Counted from the first letter of the stretch, positions 1 through 8,878 are shown. The stretch: 40,935 bases of DNA from a virus (IMGVR_UViG_3300048849_000161:1-40935), one strand, 5' to 3'. Numbers and translations are program-made. The notes: a model not told the origin generated them from the letters alone.

Positions 1-1053
1 CTAAGCGCCTGAAATCGTTAGAGCCGGCCGCTGGCTCCCCCAATTTTCCCCCGCCGCTACGAAATTCCATCCCTTAGCGAACGCTTCCTGCCCTACGTCG
101 GCAGTCCCCAGCTTCACGTAGCGCTGGTACTCATTCGACAGCCAGCCGCCTTCTTCTTTCAGGCGCAAGGTGTCCTTCGTCTGAGAGTAGAACCACGTTG
201 CCCACGAATGGCGGCAAACGTGCGGGGTGATGATCTTGGGATCTCCTCCAGCCGCCGTTACAGCCCGTGCGAATGCTGTCCTGACCTGTCCCCCACGTCC
301 TACCTTTTCAGTGAATGGCTTGCCGTCAAAGCGGCGAAACAGTGGCCCCGTCTCTCCGATGTTCGGAAGCTGTGACAGAGCCGCGATGACGCGAGGCTGC
401 AGGGTTACGCGCCGCTCATGCCCATTCTTGGGGTCTCTGAGCATCGCCCACTTCCCCGACAGATCTATATCGTCACGCCCATCCATCGCGAACGTCTCGC
501 CTGCTCTCGTCCCTTGACCGAACAGGAAGGTAATGAGAGCCGGTAGCCACGGGCTGGGCTGCGTCGTAGCTGCGTGGATGATCTTGTCCGCAAGCGCTGG
601 CATGACGAACATCGTCCGTGCCCCGCCGCCCTTCGGCGCCCGCAGCTTGTCGTCCTTCATGAAGTTGATGATCGCGTTTACCGGGACGTACAACTGCCGC
701 CTGACCGTGGCCGGCGTTCTCCCTGGGTAGATCGCGTTAGCTGCTCGGGACATGGCCACATTGTCTATGCGGCCCAAGTGGGTCTGCTGGAAATGCTCTA
801 GCAGCTTGGCCAGAAACCTCCCGTCGCGTCCGTTATCGACGTAGGCCATCATTGCCTTTGAGAAGGTGACGTCGCGCCAGTCGGACGGCGGCGGGGCGAT
901 TTGAAGAGCCTGGATCTCGTCTAGGATTTCCGAGAGCTTCTTGCGAGCTTCAGGCTTTGAAGTTTCGCCCGTGCTTCGTTCAACTCGGACACCGTTGACC
1001 GTGCCGCGGGCGTACCAGTACGGACTTTTTGGGCGCTTGGTGAGGGTGAGCAT
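1..1053 (-). CDS. int: Tyrosine recombinase (phage integrase)
   Basis: N-terminal arm-binding-like YWYARGTVNGVRVERSTG; catalytic residues R (GTRAGE), K (PKNG), HxxR (HVCRH), W (GGWLS), Y (QRYV). Confidence 0.95.
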   Translation of the reverse strand: MLTLTKRPKSPYWYARGTVNGVRVERSTGETSKPEARKKLSEILDEIQALQIAPPPSDWRDVTFSKAMMAYVDNGRDGRFLAKLLEHFQQTHLGRIDNVAMSRAANAIYPGRTPATVRRQLYVPVNAIINFMKDDKLRAPKGGGARTMFVMPALADKIIHAATTQPSPWLPALITFLFGQGTRAGETFAMDGRDDIDLSGKWAMLRDPKNGHERRVTLQPRVIAALSQLPNIGETGPLFRRFDGKPFTEKVGRGGQVRTAFARAVTAAGGDPKIITPHVCRHSWATWFYSQTKDTLRLKEEGGWLSNEYQRYVKLGTADVGQEAFAKGWNFVAAGENWGSQRPALTISGA

Positions 1054-1235
1054 ACCGGCTCCATTATCTTTTCCAGATCTTCCGGGGTGAAGAAGATCGC
1101 TCTTCCTATCTGACGATAGGCGCCGATCTCTCTCGCTCGCGCCTTCAAAGTGCGCTCCGAAATTTGCACACCCTTCATCAACAGGATATCCACAGCCGCA
1201 GCGGGCGCGATTACTCGGTCGAGCATCGTTGTCAT
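921..1235 (-). CDS. Putative excisionase / small winged-helix DNA-binding protein
   Basis: Directly upstream of and overlapping int; ISERTLKARAREIGAYRQIGRAIFFTPEDL resembles Xis/MerR-like wHTH. Confidence 0.7.
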   Translation of the reverse strand: MTTMLDRVIAPAAAVDILLMKGVQISERTLKARAREIGAYRQIGRAIFFTPEDLEKIMEPVCSPSPSAQKVRTGTPAARSTVSELNEARAKLQSLKLARSSRKS

Positions 1236-1402
1236 GGCTGCTCCTCCAGTGCGGCGCGGCCGGCGGGGGTGATGACTGCCCGCTTCGGATTAAGAACCGA
1301 ATCCCGCAAAGGCTTCATCTCCGCTCGGACGTGCTTGTAAGCGGGGTCTCGCTCAATCTCTTCAGCCGTCTTCTGAGGGAATAGTTTGCTGAACCTGCTC
1401 AT
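1232..1402 (-). CDS. Hypothetical 56-aa protein (not in ORF track)
   Basis: Manually translated MSRFSKLFPQKTAEEIERDP...ITPAGRAALEEQP; ATGA overlaps with both neighbours. Confidence 0.65.
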   Translation of the reverse strand: MSRFSKLFPQKTAEEIERDPAYKHVRAEMKPLRDSVLNPKRAVITPAGRAALEEQP

Positions 1403-1623
1403 TGGCTTTGCTCCCCGCGCCTATGAACAACGCGACACAGGCGCGGTCGGTCGCGCTGCTTACGCAGGATTTCCGCCATTGCCTTGGCAATCTCTGCGTC
1501 TTTTGTTCGTTCCGCGCGTTCCATTTTCTGTCGGTATTGGAGCTTGATAAGCTCCCACCGAGCGAAGTCTTCATCGGCCCGCTGCTTCTGTCGCTGCTTC
1601 TCTGTGGTCCAAGGAAAGCTCAT
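1399..1623 (-). CDS. Hypothetical protein
   Basis: ATGA-coupled in the leftward operon, good SD. Confidence 0.65.
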   Translation of the reverse strand: MSFPWTTEKQRQKQRADEDFARWELIKLQYRQKMERAERTKDAEIAKAMAEILRKQRDRPRLCRVVHRRGEQSQ

Positions 1624-1871
1624 TCCCCTGTCTCCCCAAGCTTGCGGATGGCGCGCTCTTCTGCAAGCTGACCTTCAAGAAGCTCGACACACCGAAGCAA
1701 TTCATTCCTGTGGGTGTTTGCCTCCGCGAAATCTTTGCGAGCGGTATCTAGACCGGCTTCATAGCCTCGCGAATATTCTCTGCGGGTGGCTTCCTTCATC
1801 GCATCATATTCCGCGACAGGTAGAGTGATCGTGATGCTCATTCCCCTGTCTCCCCAAGCTTGCGGATGGCG
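1618..1871. repeat. Exact 36-bp direct repeat (1618-1653 and 1836-1871)
   Basis: GCTCATTCCCCTGTCTCCCCAAGCTTGCGGATGGCG occurs twice; two adjacent proteins both end AIRKLGETGE. Confidence 0.95.
1620..1841 (-). CDS. Hypothetical coiled-coil protein
   Basis: ATGA-coupled; flanked by 36-bp direct repeats. Confidence 0.7.
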   Translation of the reverse strand: MSITITLPVAEYDAMKEATRREYSRGYEAGLDTARKDFAEANTHRNELLRCVELLEGQLAEERAIRKLGETGE

Positions 1872-2182
1872 GCTGCGTGGCGGCGGTGCTCGCGCTCCAT
1901 CATCATGTGGTGGTCACTTTCCGTCCACCTGTGAGCCGCCTCATGCTGCGCCTCTAGGTCGTCATGATACCGGGCCGCCTCCTCGATCGCCTTGGCCCGT
2001 GCCTCGTCGCGCTCTCGGGTGAGGCGGGTGATTTCGGAGGCTGCGGACACGTTGTCGGTGGCGGCCTTAGCCAAAAGGGTCTGTGCATAAACCTGCCATG
2101 CAAGTGTCGATTTCTCCTGCACGGGGTCAGAGAGCGCTTCCATTTCCTCAGATCGCCGGCGCAGTCGTTCCACGATTTCCAT
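1838..2182 (-). CDS. Hypothetical protein
   Basis: Start MEIVERLRRR; TAATG/ATGA coupling with neighbours. Confidence 0.7.
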   Translation of the reverse strand: MEIVERLRRRSEEMEALSDPVQEKSTLAWQVYAQTLLAKAATDNVSAASEITRLTRERDEARAKAIEEAARYHDDLEAQHEAAHRWTESDHHMMMEREHRRHAAAIRKLGETGE

Positions 2183-2760
2183 TACTTGCCCTCCTTCCAT
2201 TTGCGGGCGGCTCGGAGGTGGCCAAGCGTGAAGTCATGAGCCCAAGCCACGTTTCCGTCGCCGCCTCCAGGTGAGTCGTAGAAAGCCGCAGCAGCAGCCA
2301 ACGGCTCGATCACCTTCTCCGCATCAGCCAGCCGGCGTTCCAGTTCGATGACGCGGGCTTCGGCGGTCTCGGCGCGTCCCGCCAGCGTCTTCACCTTTGA
2401 GGACCGGTCCCGAAGATACCGGCGCGCATCGTTGATCAGTGAGATTTTGTGGTGGACGAGGACGCTGTCTACGTCTCTTTCCTTCCACTCCACATGGGGT
2501 GGGAGGAAGTCGGAAAGGAGTGCCTCTATGCGATCCCGGTCCCCCTCCAGCCCCTCCGCGTAGGCGACGAGGTCAGCGAGGGCGGTGGGATCAGGGCGGG
2601 CGGCGAGCATGGCTTCGAACAAGTCACCGGCGACTTTGTCGTGATGGCGGTTCTTGTACCTGTAGAGCGTGTCAGCCATCGCGGCCCACTGTTCGCGGAC
2701 CGGCTCCACCGGCACGGCCACCCACTTATCAGGCTCGTTCAAGATTGCGGGGCGGGTCAT
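2182..2760 (-). CDS. Hypothetical (Ead/Ea22-like mosaic) protein
   Basis: Likely start MTRPAILN at 2760 (ATGA overlap); coiled-coil RAETAEARVIELE typical of early phage accessory proteins. Confidence 0.65.
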   Translation of the reverse strand: MTRPAILNEPDKWVAVPVEPVREQWAAMADTLYRYKNRHHDKVAGDLFEAMLAARPDPTALADLVAYAEGLEGDRDRIEALLSDFLPPHVEWKERDVDSVLVHHKISLINDARRYLRDRSSKVKTLAGRAETAEARVIELERRLADAEKVIEPLAAAAAFYDSPGGGDGNVAWAHDFTLGHLRAARKWKEGK

Positions 2761-3302
2761 GGGGTGGCCTCCGTCGCCTGGGGCGATGGGCTGATCCGCT
2801 CGCCGCGCTGGTGGAGCATCATGCAGAAGTTGGCGACGTCGATCGGGTCGCCTTTTCCCACGTGCTCTCGGAGGAGCTGCGATAGGTACTCGCCGGAACA
2901 CAATTCTTTATCCTGCCAGCCGCCTCGTCCTTCTTCTCGCTTCTGAGCAAGCTTGCTCGTCATGAAGAACGAGAACATTTCGACTGCCCTGTCATCAGGG
3001 TGCATCGACGTGAGACGCGCTAGAAGCGCTTTGCTTTCCGGCGAAATGTCGTCTTGCAGGGGCTCGCGCATTCCTGCGCCCTTCAAATCCATCTGCGGAG
3101 ATGGGGCGGCGATCTGTGCCAGCGCATCACTTGCGATCTTCCGCATGAAATCTCGCTCGCCATTGCTTCCAAAGGCTGCGCCGTAGGATATGGGGCGTGT
3201 CTTTTCGTCGTCCCAAAATTGGCCAGTCTCTGGGAACTCGCCATGCCACCGGGCAATGCGCTCTAGAGCCTTCACGGCCACCGGCTTCGTTGTGTCTGTC
3301 AT
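2757..3302 (-). CDS. Hypothetical multi-domain early protein
   Basis: ATGA-coupled; contains HPDDRAV...KGRGGW-like...KGDPIDVANFCMML segment of a kind common in temperate phage early genes. Confidence 0.7.
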   Translation of the reverse strand: MTDTTKPVAVKALERIARWHGEFPETGQFWDDEKTRPISYGAAFGSNGERDFMRKIASDALAQIAAPSPQMDLKGAGMREPLQDDISPESKALLARLTSMHPDDRAVEMFSFFMTSKLAQKREEGRGGWQDKELCSGEYLSQLLREHVGKGDPIDVANFCMMLHQRGERISPSPQATEATP

Positions 3303-3709
3303 GGCTGGTCTCCTGAGGCTCGATAGAGCTGGTTACGTGGAAGGGGCGGCAAGTCGGTCTTTCCGGCCCGCTCTGGCTTGGCGGCTTTCGCGAAGCCCGC
3401 GGACTGGATCGGCTTGGCTGGAGTCGACTTGATGTTGAGATGGCGCTGCTTCACCCGCTTGGCCTTGGCGATCGCCCTCACGTCGAGCTTGTCCTTGGCG
3501 CGCCGGCAGCTTTCATGAGCCGGGCCACAGTTCTCATCCTCGTCCTTGGCGCCAAGGCCAAGGCAGATGAGGTGCTCAATGGTCCACGGCTCGCGAACCC
3601 CGTCGATCTTCACACCACACAGGACGCACAGGCCCTTGTGGTCTTCGAAGATGCGCAGGCGCCGGGCGGGCGTCATGGCCTTGCGCTTGGTCGTGCCGAC
3701 GTCGGTCAT
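3299..3709 (-). CDS. HNH endonuclease
   Basis: Start MTDVGTT (3709); CVLCG...EHLICLGLG..DEDENCGPAHESC HNH-like motif. Confidence 0.8.
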   Translation of the reverse strand: MTDVGTTKRKAMTPARRLRIFEDHKGLCVLCGVKIDGVREPWTIEHLICLGLGAKDEDENCGPAHESCRRAKDKLDVRAIAKAKRVKQRHLNIKSTPAKPIQSAGFAKAAKPERAGKTDLPPLPRNQLYRASGDQP

Positions 3710-4572
3710 GCTCCGATCTCCGGGAATGCGCCATGGGTCACGTCGTCTAGGACGCGGCCGGCGAATTTCTTCCCGACCTTCTGCATCGGCCATCCATCGT
3801 CGGCACGATCGCCACTTGCTGTTATCCGGCAGAAGCCAGGAAGATCCGCCGGCCATTCGCCGTCGCTCGCCTTCAAGGGAACCCATTCGCCGTTCTGCTT
3901 GTGGTGAAACGCAGCGCCGGCGGCTTCTGCCTGATCACGCAAAGAGCGAAACCAGTCGGGATGCGTCGGCCGTGCCTTGTGCCCGCCCTGATCCGTCTCG
4001 CCACCGGTGATCACCCAATCCGGCATGAAGGCGGGAGGGATGTTCACCGGCCCCAGCAGCGGTTCAAACGAGCCGAAGCTGAACAGCGGATTCAACTCGA
4101 TCTTCGCGACCTGCAGCGCCGGAAGATTGATATCGGCGCGCTTCTGGTCCTCGACAGTAGTCCCGATCGCGGCGTTGGCCGGCAGCCCACCGGCGGCGTC
4201 GACCAGCTTCACGATCAGCTGAGGGCGCTTGGTCAGCAGCAGGTAGACCAGCCGCGGCGTCTTGCGCATCACGTCGAAAGAATCGGCCCGCCACTGCGGG
4301 TCAACCTGGTTGTCGAAGATGTCAGCGAGGCTGGCGCAGAACACGAACGGGCGGTTACCGTCCTTGTCCGCCTGCCGCTGCCACCGGTGCGGATCGTTCC
4401 AGGTATGGGCTCCGGTGCGCTGGCGCGGGTGGTTGCCCCACTGAACCTTGCCGTAGCGCTTGTCCATCATTGCCTCGGCGTAGCAGCCGTCGCATGCCGG
4501 CGAGACTTTCGTGCATCCCATCCACGGGTTCCAGGTATGGGTAGTCCAAGAAATTGCCGAGTTCTCAGCCAT
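3706..4572 (-). CDS. Phage Gp37/Gp68 family (DUF5131) protein
   Basis: Signature MAENSAISWTTHTWNPWMGCTKVSPACDGCYA, VFCASLAD, LLLTKRP, SFEPLLG, DWVITGGE. Confidence 0.9.
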   Translation of the reverse strand: MAENSAISWTTHTWNPWMGCTKVSPACDGCYAEAMMDKRYGKVQWGNHPRQRTGAHTWNDPHRWQRQADKDGNRPFVFCASLADIFDNQVDPQWRADSFDVMRKTPRLVYLLLTKRPQLIVKLVDAAGGLPANAAIGTTVEDQKRADINLPALQVAKIELNPLFSFGSFEPLLGPVNIPPAFMPDWVITGGETDQGGHKARPTHPDWFRSLRDQAEAAGAAFHHKQNGEWVPLKASDGEWPADLPGFCRITASGDRADDGWPMQKVGKKFAGRVLDDVTHGAFPEIGA

Positions 4573-5725
4573 TTGCCTTGCCTCCGATATCGGCCGGATC
4601 GCAGAGCAGGCCCTCAGCGTGGAATTCGAGCGCGGACTCAAGCGACGTGTCGTTCCGCATTACGGCGCGCACTGACATCGCGATCGATCCTGCAGCCCTC
4701 CGTCCTTCCGGTGACAGCTTGCGGATGTCTTCGGCCCAGCGCCCTTCGATCTTCTTCATGGCGTCGGCGCTGGTGGATTCGTCAGCGGCCCGCACGAGAA
4801 CATCTTTCGCGTAAGCGCGAAGCTTGGGCAGTTCATCGGCCGGAATAGGCTTCGGTTCATCGCCGTCAAAAAGAGTGGCAGCTGACGAAGCCGTGGACGG
4901 GGGTGCGGCTTCGTCATCTGCGTCCGGCGACGGGGCGGGAGCGTCATCGCCGGCATCCGATGCGCCGGAGGTCATGGCGTCATCTGGATCTGCAAACATA
5001 ATCTCGCCCGTGAGAGCGCCTGCCGTCTCGGAATGGACGAAGGAGCGACTGAAGCCCTCGCGCTCGTCCTCGTTCTGCTGTGGGGCGCTGTGCGCTGCTT
5101 TCAAGCGTTCCATGACCGAAGGCTGTGCCGGCGTGACGTCGCGGGCATTATCGGGCCCATGGAACTGTTCAGCCTCTTCCCGATCGTAGACACCAAGGAT
5201 CACTTCCGGCGTGTGCCGGCGAGCCCAGGAGCGGGCGGCGAAATAGCCGAGCTGCTGCTGTGGGTCTGATTTCCAGAGCGGCGAGTTCTTCGTCGTGATG
5301 CTGCCGATCGTTGGCGTGGTGTATTCGAGCTCGTCACCGTTGATGGTGCCGGTCACGGTGCAAGTCATATCGTTGCCGGTGCCGTCATACCGATACTTCA
5401 GCCGGCCCTTGATGCCGGAACGGGTGTTGACGACGGCGGCGATCAGCTGCGCCTCATAGGCGATTGCGCCGTTGACCTGGTAGGACTTGGATGCCACCGC
5501 GAACGGGTTCATCTGCCAGTCGAGCGCCTGAAGCGCCACGGCCATGCAGGCGCCGGCATTGCCCCGCAGATGCTTAGGCAGGGCGATATCGGCGCGGCAC
5601 ATCACCTCCGCGAACTTCACCACCTCGGCAAGGTTCTGCGGGGCGATCGTGCTGCCTGTTGATCCGATAGACATGCCGACCGAATCCATCGGGAGGCGCT
5701 CGGTGTGTGCTGCAAGCTGGTTCAT
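4565..5725 (-). CDS. recT: RecT-family single-strand annealing protein
   Basis: PKHLRGNAGACMAVALQALDWQMNPFAVASKSYQVNG..YEAQL, SPLWKSDPQQQL, PEVILGVY; adjacent to RecE-like gene. Confidence 0.85.
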   Translation of the reverse strand: MNQLAAHTERLPMDSVGMSIGSTGSTIAPQNLAEVVKFAEVMCRADIALPKHLRGNAGACMAVALQALDWQMNPFAVASKSYQVNGAIAYEAQLIAAVVNTRSGIKGRLKYRYDGTGNDMTCTVTGTINGDELEYTTPTIGSITTKNSPLWKSDPQQQLGYFAARSWARRHTPEVILGVYDREEAEQFHGPDNARDVTPAQPSVMERLKAAHSAPQQNEDEREGFSRSFVHSETAGALTGEIMFADPDDAMTSGASDAGDDAPAPSPDADDEAAPPSTASSAATLFDGDEPKPIPADELPKLRAYAKDVLVRAADESTSADAMKKIEGRWAEDIRKLSPEGRRAAGSIAMSVRAVMRNDTSLESALEFHAEGLLCDPADIGGKANG

Positions 5726-6747
5726 GCTGCTATCCCCAATTGATTTTTGATGCGGGTCTTCGACCAGCCAGGCATCTCGACGTAGGAGAATTCCTTGTCG
5801 AAGCCGTCGAAACCGGGCCACTGGTTGCGCTTCAGGCATTCCTTGACGGTGGCGATCGCATTGCGGGCTTGCTGCTCTCCAAGGTCGATATCCTCGTCTT
5901 TCAGCTGCATCACGCGAACGTCGTAGGGCGGTGTCTTCTCCACGAAGACGAATGTGAAGCTCGTGAACGCCTGCTCCCCCATGACCTCGCGAACGATCAT
6001 CCGCAGAAGGCCAGCCTGGACGTGATAGCCGTGGCTGTAGATCGCCTTGGACAAGCTCTCGTCATCGACGGAAGCTGCAGTCTTCAGATCGACAAAGTCG
6101 CCGCTGTCGTTCGGCACGACGTCAGGGCGGGACTTCAGCCAGACCTCGCCGTCTCGGGAGAACAGGCTGCGCTCGATCCGGCCGTTCAGGATGCCGAGCC
6201 GGATAGCTTCCTTGCTCGACAGGGCATCAGCCATGTGGCGGATGTGGTTGATCTCGGTTTCGGTGATGACCGTCTTCCCAGCTTTCCGCTGGTGCTCTAG
6301 CCAATGCTTGCAGGCGTTCGCATTCCCGCTCCACGGCTTGTCGTTGCCCTTGTCATCGAAGTAAGTGGACGGACGCAAAACATATCGGCTCTTGAATCCC
6401 TCTTCCCCGAGAACGAGCATGTGAGCAGCCTTGCCGAACTCCAGCGAGGTCTTTTCCTCGCGCTCGAATGGCGTCGGATTGTACGGGGAATAGCCCCAGT
6501 ATTCGGACGGACGACGGATCACGGCCCGAAGTCCGGAGCTCGAAATCGAGAAGCCGTCGAAGAGGTCCACATTGCCGTGGTAATCATCGATAGACACACC
6601 GCGGTAGATGCCGGGGTCAATGATCTTGCCGCCGCCATAGACCCGCTCACCATCCTTGATGAACTTCCCTCCGGCCTTCGCGGCAATTCCTGCAGCCAAC
6701 CCGCCGATGCTTGCCGGCGCTGGGTGCATTTCCTTTACCGTGTCCAT
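5722..6747 (-). CDS. RecE/exonuclease VIII-like PD-(D/E)XK nuclease (DUF3799-like)
   Basis: ISSSGL, FGKAAHMLVL, KSRPD..DLKT, YHVQAG, FVFVEKTPP motifs. Confidence 0.88.
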   Translation of the reverse strand: MDTVKEMHPAPASIGGLAAGIAAKAGGKFIKDGERVYGGGKIIDPGIYRGVSIDDYHGNVDLFDGFSISSSGLRAVIRRPSEYWGYSPYNPTPFEREEKTSLEFGKAAHMLVLGEEGFKSRYVLRPSTYFDDKGNDKPWSGNANACKHWLEHQRKAGKTVITETEINHIRHMADALSSKEAIRLGILNGRIERSLFSRDGEVWLKSRPDVVPNDSGDFVDLKTAASVDDESLSKAIYSHGYHVQAGLLRMIVREVMGEQAFTSFTFVFVEKTPPYDVRVMQLKDEDIDLGEQQARNAIATVKECLKRNQWPGFDGFDKEFSYVEMPGWSKTRIKNQLGIAA

Positions 6748-6992
6748 TGCGCGGTTACCTCCTGGCGATCGCGGTCTTGCTCCGCGTAGTTTTCGTTGAT
6801 GTGTCCCGGCGCCCATACAAGGACGCCAATCACTGCAATGCAGGTGGCGACGAGGACCGTGCCTCTTGCGCTGGGCGTGAAGAGAGGAACCGTTTCGGTC
6901 TTGGTGAACCGGCCAAGGTCTTTCGCCTTGCTCTTGCACTGGCCAGGTTCGCAGCAGCCGGAGAATTGATTGGCCGGGCAGCAGTCACGCAT
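6735..6992 (-). CDS. Small membrane protein
   Basis: Single hydrophobic segment VLVATCIAVIGVLVW; operon position. Confidence 0.55.
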   Translation of the reverse strand: MRDCCPANQFSGCCEPGQCKSKAKDLGRFTKTETVPLFTPSARGTVLVATCIAVIGVLVWAPGHINENYAEQDRDRQEVTAQWTR

Positions 6993-7347
6993 TGGCCTGC
7001 TCCCTCAGTTCGCGAGAGGTCTGGGCAAGCTCGACGCAGGCCTTGGCTGCCAGTTGCGGCAGGCTGACGCGAAGATTTTCGATCTGTGCTGCAGCTGCAT
7101 TCAGTTGGTCGCGAAACTCCGCTTCCACGGCGGCAACGCATTCGGCCTTGATGATCGCGTTCGCGCGCTGAGCGTGAGGAACCAGAGCTTCCGACACACG
7201 ACGGTTGCCATACTCGTCGAACCCGACCTGCATGGACCGATAGTATTCCGATGCAGAGGCCTTCTTCTGCTCCAGCGTCGGGATGCTGCTGATCAGCGCG
7301 TGGATTCTCGAAAGGGTGCTGGCGAGTTCGATACGTGCTTCGCTCAT
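6985..7347 (-). CDS. Hypothetical protein
   Basis: Overlap-coupled in leftward operon. Confidence 0.7.
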   Translation of the reverse strand: MSEARIELASTLSRIHALISSIPTLEQKKASASEYYRSMQVGFDEYGNRRVSEALVPHAQRANAIIKAECVAAVEAEFRDQLNAAAAQIENLRVSLPQLAAKACVELAQTSRELREQANA

Positions 7348-7607
7348 GCCGCACCTCCGACCATTTCTTTCAGGCCGGGGCGGTCGCGGAATACGGGCGG
7401 GTTCTGCAGGGAGTTGTCGGTTGCTGCGATCTTCTCGACGCTGTAGCCGAGGCGCCCTGCAACCTCTGCGAACGCCTCCTTGATTTGCTCATCCCCGTAG
7501 AGGACAAGCTTGCCCAAGGATGCTTCCTGGCCATATTTCAGAAGCAGAGCACGAGCCAAATTTTCGGCTGCGAGGAACTGATTGTAGGTCTCCATGCGGT
7601 CGGTCAT
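7344..7607 (-). CDS. Hypothetical protein
   Basis: ATGA-coupled. Confidence 0.7.
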   Translation of the reverse strand: MTDRMETYNQFLAAENLARALLLKYGQEASLGKLVLYGDEQIKEAFAEVAGRLGYSVEKIAATDNSLQNPPVFRDRPGLKEMVGGAA

Positions 7608-7837
7608 TCTGCAGCCTCCTGAAATGATGCCTGAGACCGGACCACGTCGCCGTAGTTCATCGGTCGGCTGACCTCGACGACAATCCCGCCGATCACGTCA
7701 GCAAGGGAAAGCGCCTCGTCTTCATCGGAATATTCTGTCCACCAGTCGGCGTTATGCTCGCCGGCCCATTCGGACCATTCGGATACCCAGCAGGCCGTAA
7801 GGCGGGGGTGCTCGATCCGGTACGTGGTGATCTGCAT
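7604..7837 (-). CDS. Hypothetical Trp-rich protein
   Basis: Likely start MQITTYRIEHP just after upstream stop. Confidence 0.65.
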   Translation of the reverse strand: MQITTYRIEHPRLTACWVSEWSEWAGEHNADWWTEYSDEDEALSLADVIGGIVVEVSRPMNYGDVVRSQASFQEAAE

Positions 7838-7838
7838 C

Positions 7839-8138
7839 TCAGCGGCCCTCAGCCTTGGCAATGGCAGCGAGGTTTGCGGCGATCAGCGGGTGGCCCTTGC
7901 CAGCAAACAGAAGAGTCTCGAGCTTTTCATTCGACGCCTTCAAGGCGTCCAGAATCTCAGGAGCGGCGGCGATCAGGCGGGCGTTGGCCTTGTCGATCTC
8001 GTCGCCCCAAGGAGTGCCGTCAGTCGCAGTGGTGATGAGGACGCCGGGCGCAAGGCGATAGGATCCGTGCATCCGAAGATCGTCATCCATCCATGCCCAA
8101 GGTCCGTCCGTGTGCTTCACTGTGTCTGCCATGTTCAT
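7839..8138 (-). CDS. Conserved-type phage protein (HTxGPW / ANARLIAAAPE motifs)
   Basis: KHTDGPW and ANARLIAAAPEILDAL motifs; SD GAGG upstream. Confidence 0.8.
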   Translation of the reverse strand: MNMADTVKHTDGPWAWMDDDLRMHGSYRLAPGVLITTATDGTPWGDEIDKANARLIAAAPEILDALKASNEKLETLLFAGKGHPLIAANLAAIAKAEGR

Positions 8139-8169
8139 TCCCTCATTGGGGTGGGACAGGATGGAGAGG

Positions 8170-8709
8170 TCAGGCGGCGGCTTGCTGCGAAGCCTTACGC
8201 TCAGCCTCTTGGACACGCTGGATGTTCGTTAGGTAGTAGATGGCCGCTTCGACCTCTTCGGGCGTTAGCGTGGCTTGCGGGCGGCTCTTGCGAACATCAG
8301 CAATGACGCCGACCGCGAAGCAGATGCCGCCGTGTCTCGGACCATAGCCGTAGGCATGGTCACTGCGCTGCCCGACCCATACGTCGTAGTTTTTGGTGCC
8401 GAAATACTGTTCCCAGAGGTCGCCGTACCCCTGTCGGACGGGCGAACCTGTCGCCAACTGCTTGATCGCATCCTCGATGACAGCAGCACGGTCTGCGCCA
8501 CCACGCTCAAACGAGCCTTGAACATAGACCACCGTCTTCGCGAGATTGACCTTGTCCAGATCGAGGCCTTCGACGGCAGAGGAGAGGATGTTGGCGCGTT
8601 CGCGGATCTGGCCGCGCAATTCCGCCTCACGCTGTTTGGCGGCTTCAATGTGAGCATCAAGGTCCTTGCGGATCTGATGCATTTCCTGAGCTGCTTTGGT
8701 CAGTTCCAT
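8170..8709 (-). CDS. Hypothetical protein, first gene of the PL operon
   Basis: 179 aa, SD GAGGA, directly downstream of PL. Confidence 0.8.
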   Translation of the reverse strand: MELTKAAQEMHQIRKDLDAHIEAAKQREAELRGQIRERANILSSAVEGLDLDKVNLAKTVVYVQGSFERGGADRAAVIEDAIKQLATGSPVRQGYGDLWEQYFGTKNYDVWVGQRSDHAYGYGPRHGGICFAVGVIADVRKSRPQATLTPEEVEAAIYYLTNIQRVQEAERKASQQAAA

Positions 8710-8814
8710 CTTCCCATCCTCTGTTCCGCGACCGATCCGGCTTGCCGTCGGCGCTGTGGTGGACCGCGACCAGATCTGCCCGAGGCGTCTTCGTGGTCGC
8801 TGTCTGTGAGAAGA

Positions 8815-8843
8815 ATTATAGCGGTAAAAAAACCGACACGCAA
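8815..8843 (-). promoter_or_regulatory. PL early promoter
   Basis: Minus strand TTGCGT-17 bp-TATAAT; the spacer is occupied by an operator. Confidence 0.8.
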
Positions 8844-8866
8844 TAGACGGCGGTAAAAAAACCGAC
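8821..8866. promoter_or_regulatory. OL operators (two copies)
   Basis: GCGGTAAAAAAACCGAC at 8821-8837 and 8850-8866, each containing CGGT-N6-ACCG, the same motif as in the cI-cro gap. Confidence 0.85.
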
Positions 8867-8878
8867 TAAAAGACCTGC

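Noticed and set aside
3901-4848. 315-aa plus-strand ORF
   Set aside because: Antisense shadow of Gp37Gp68/RecT; no motifs; expected in high-GC DNA.
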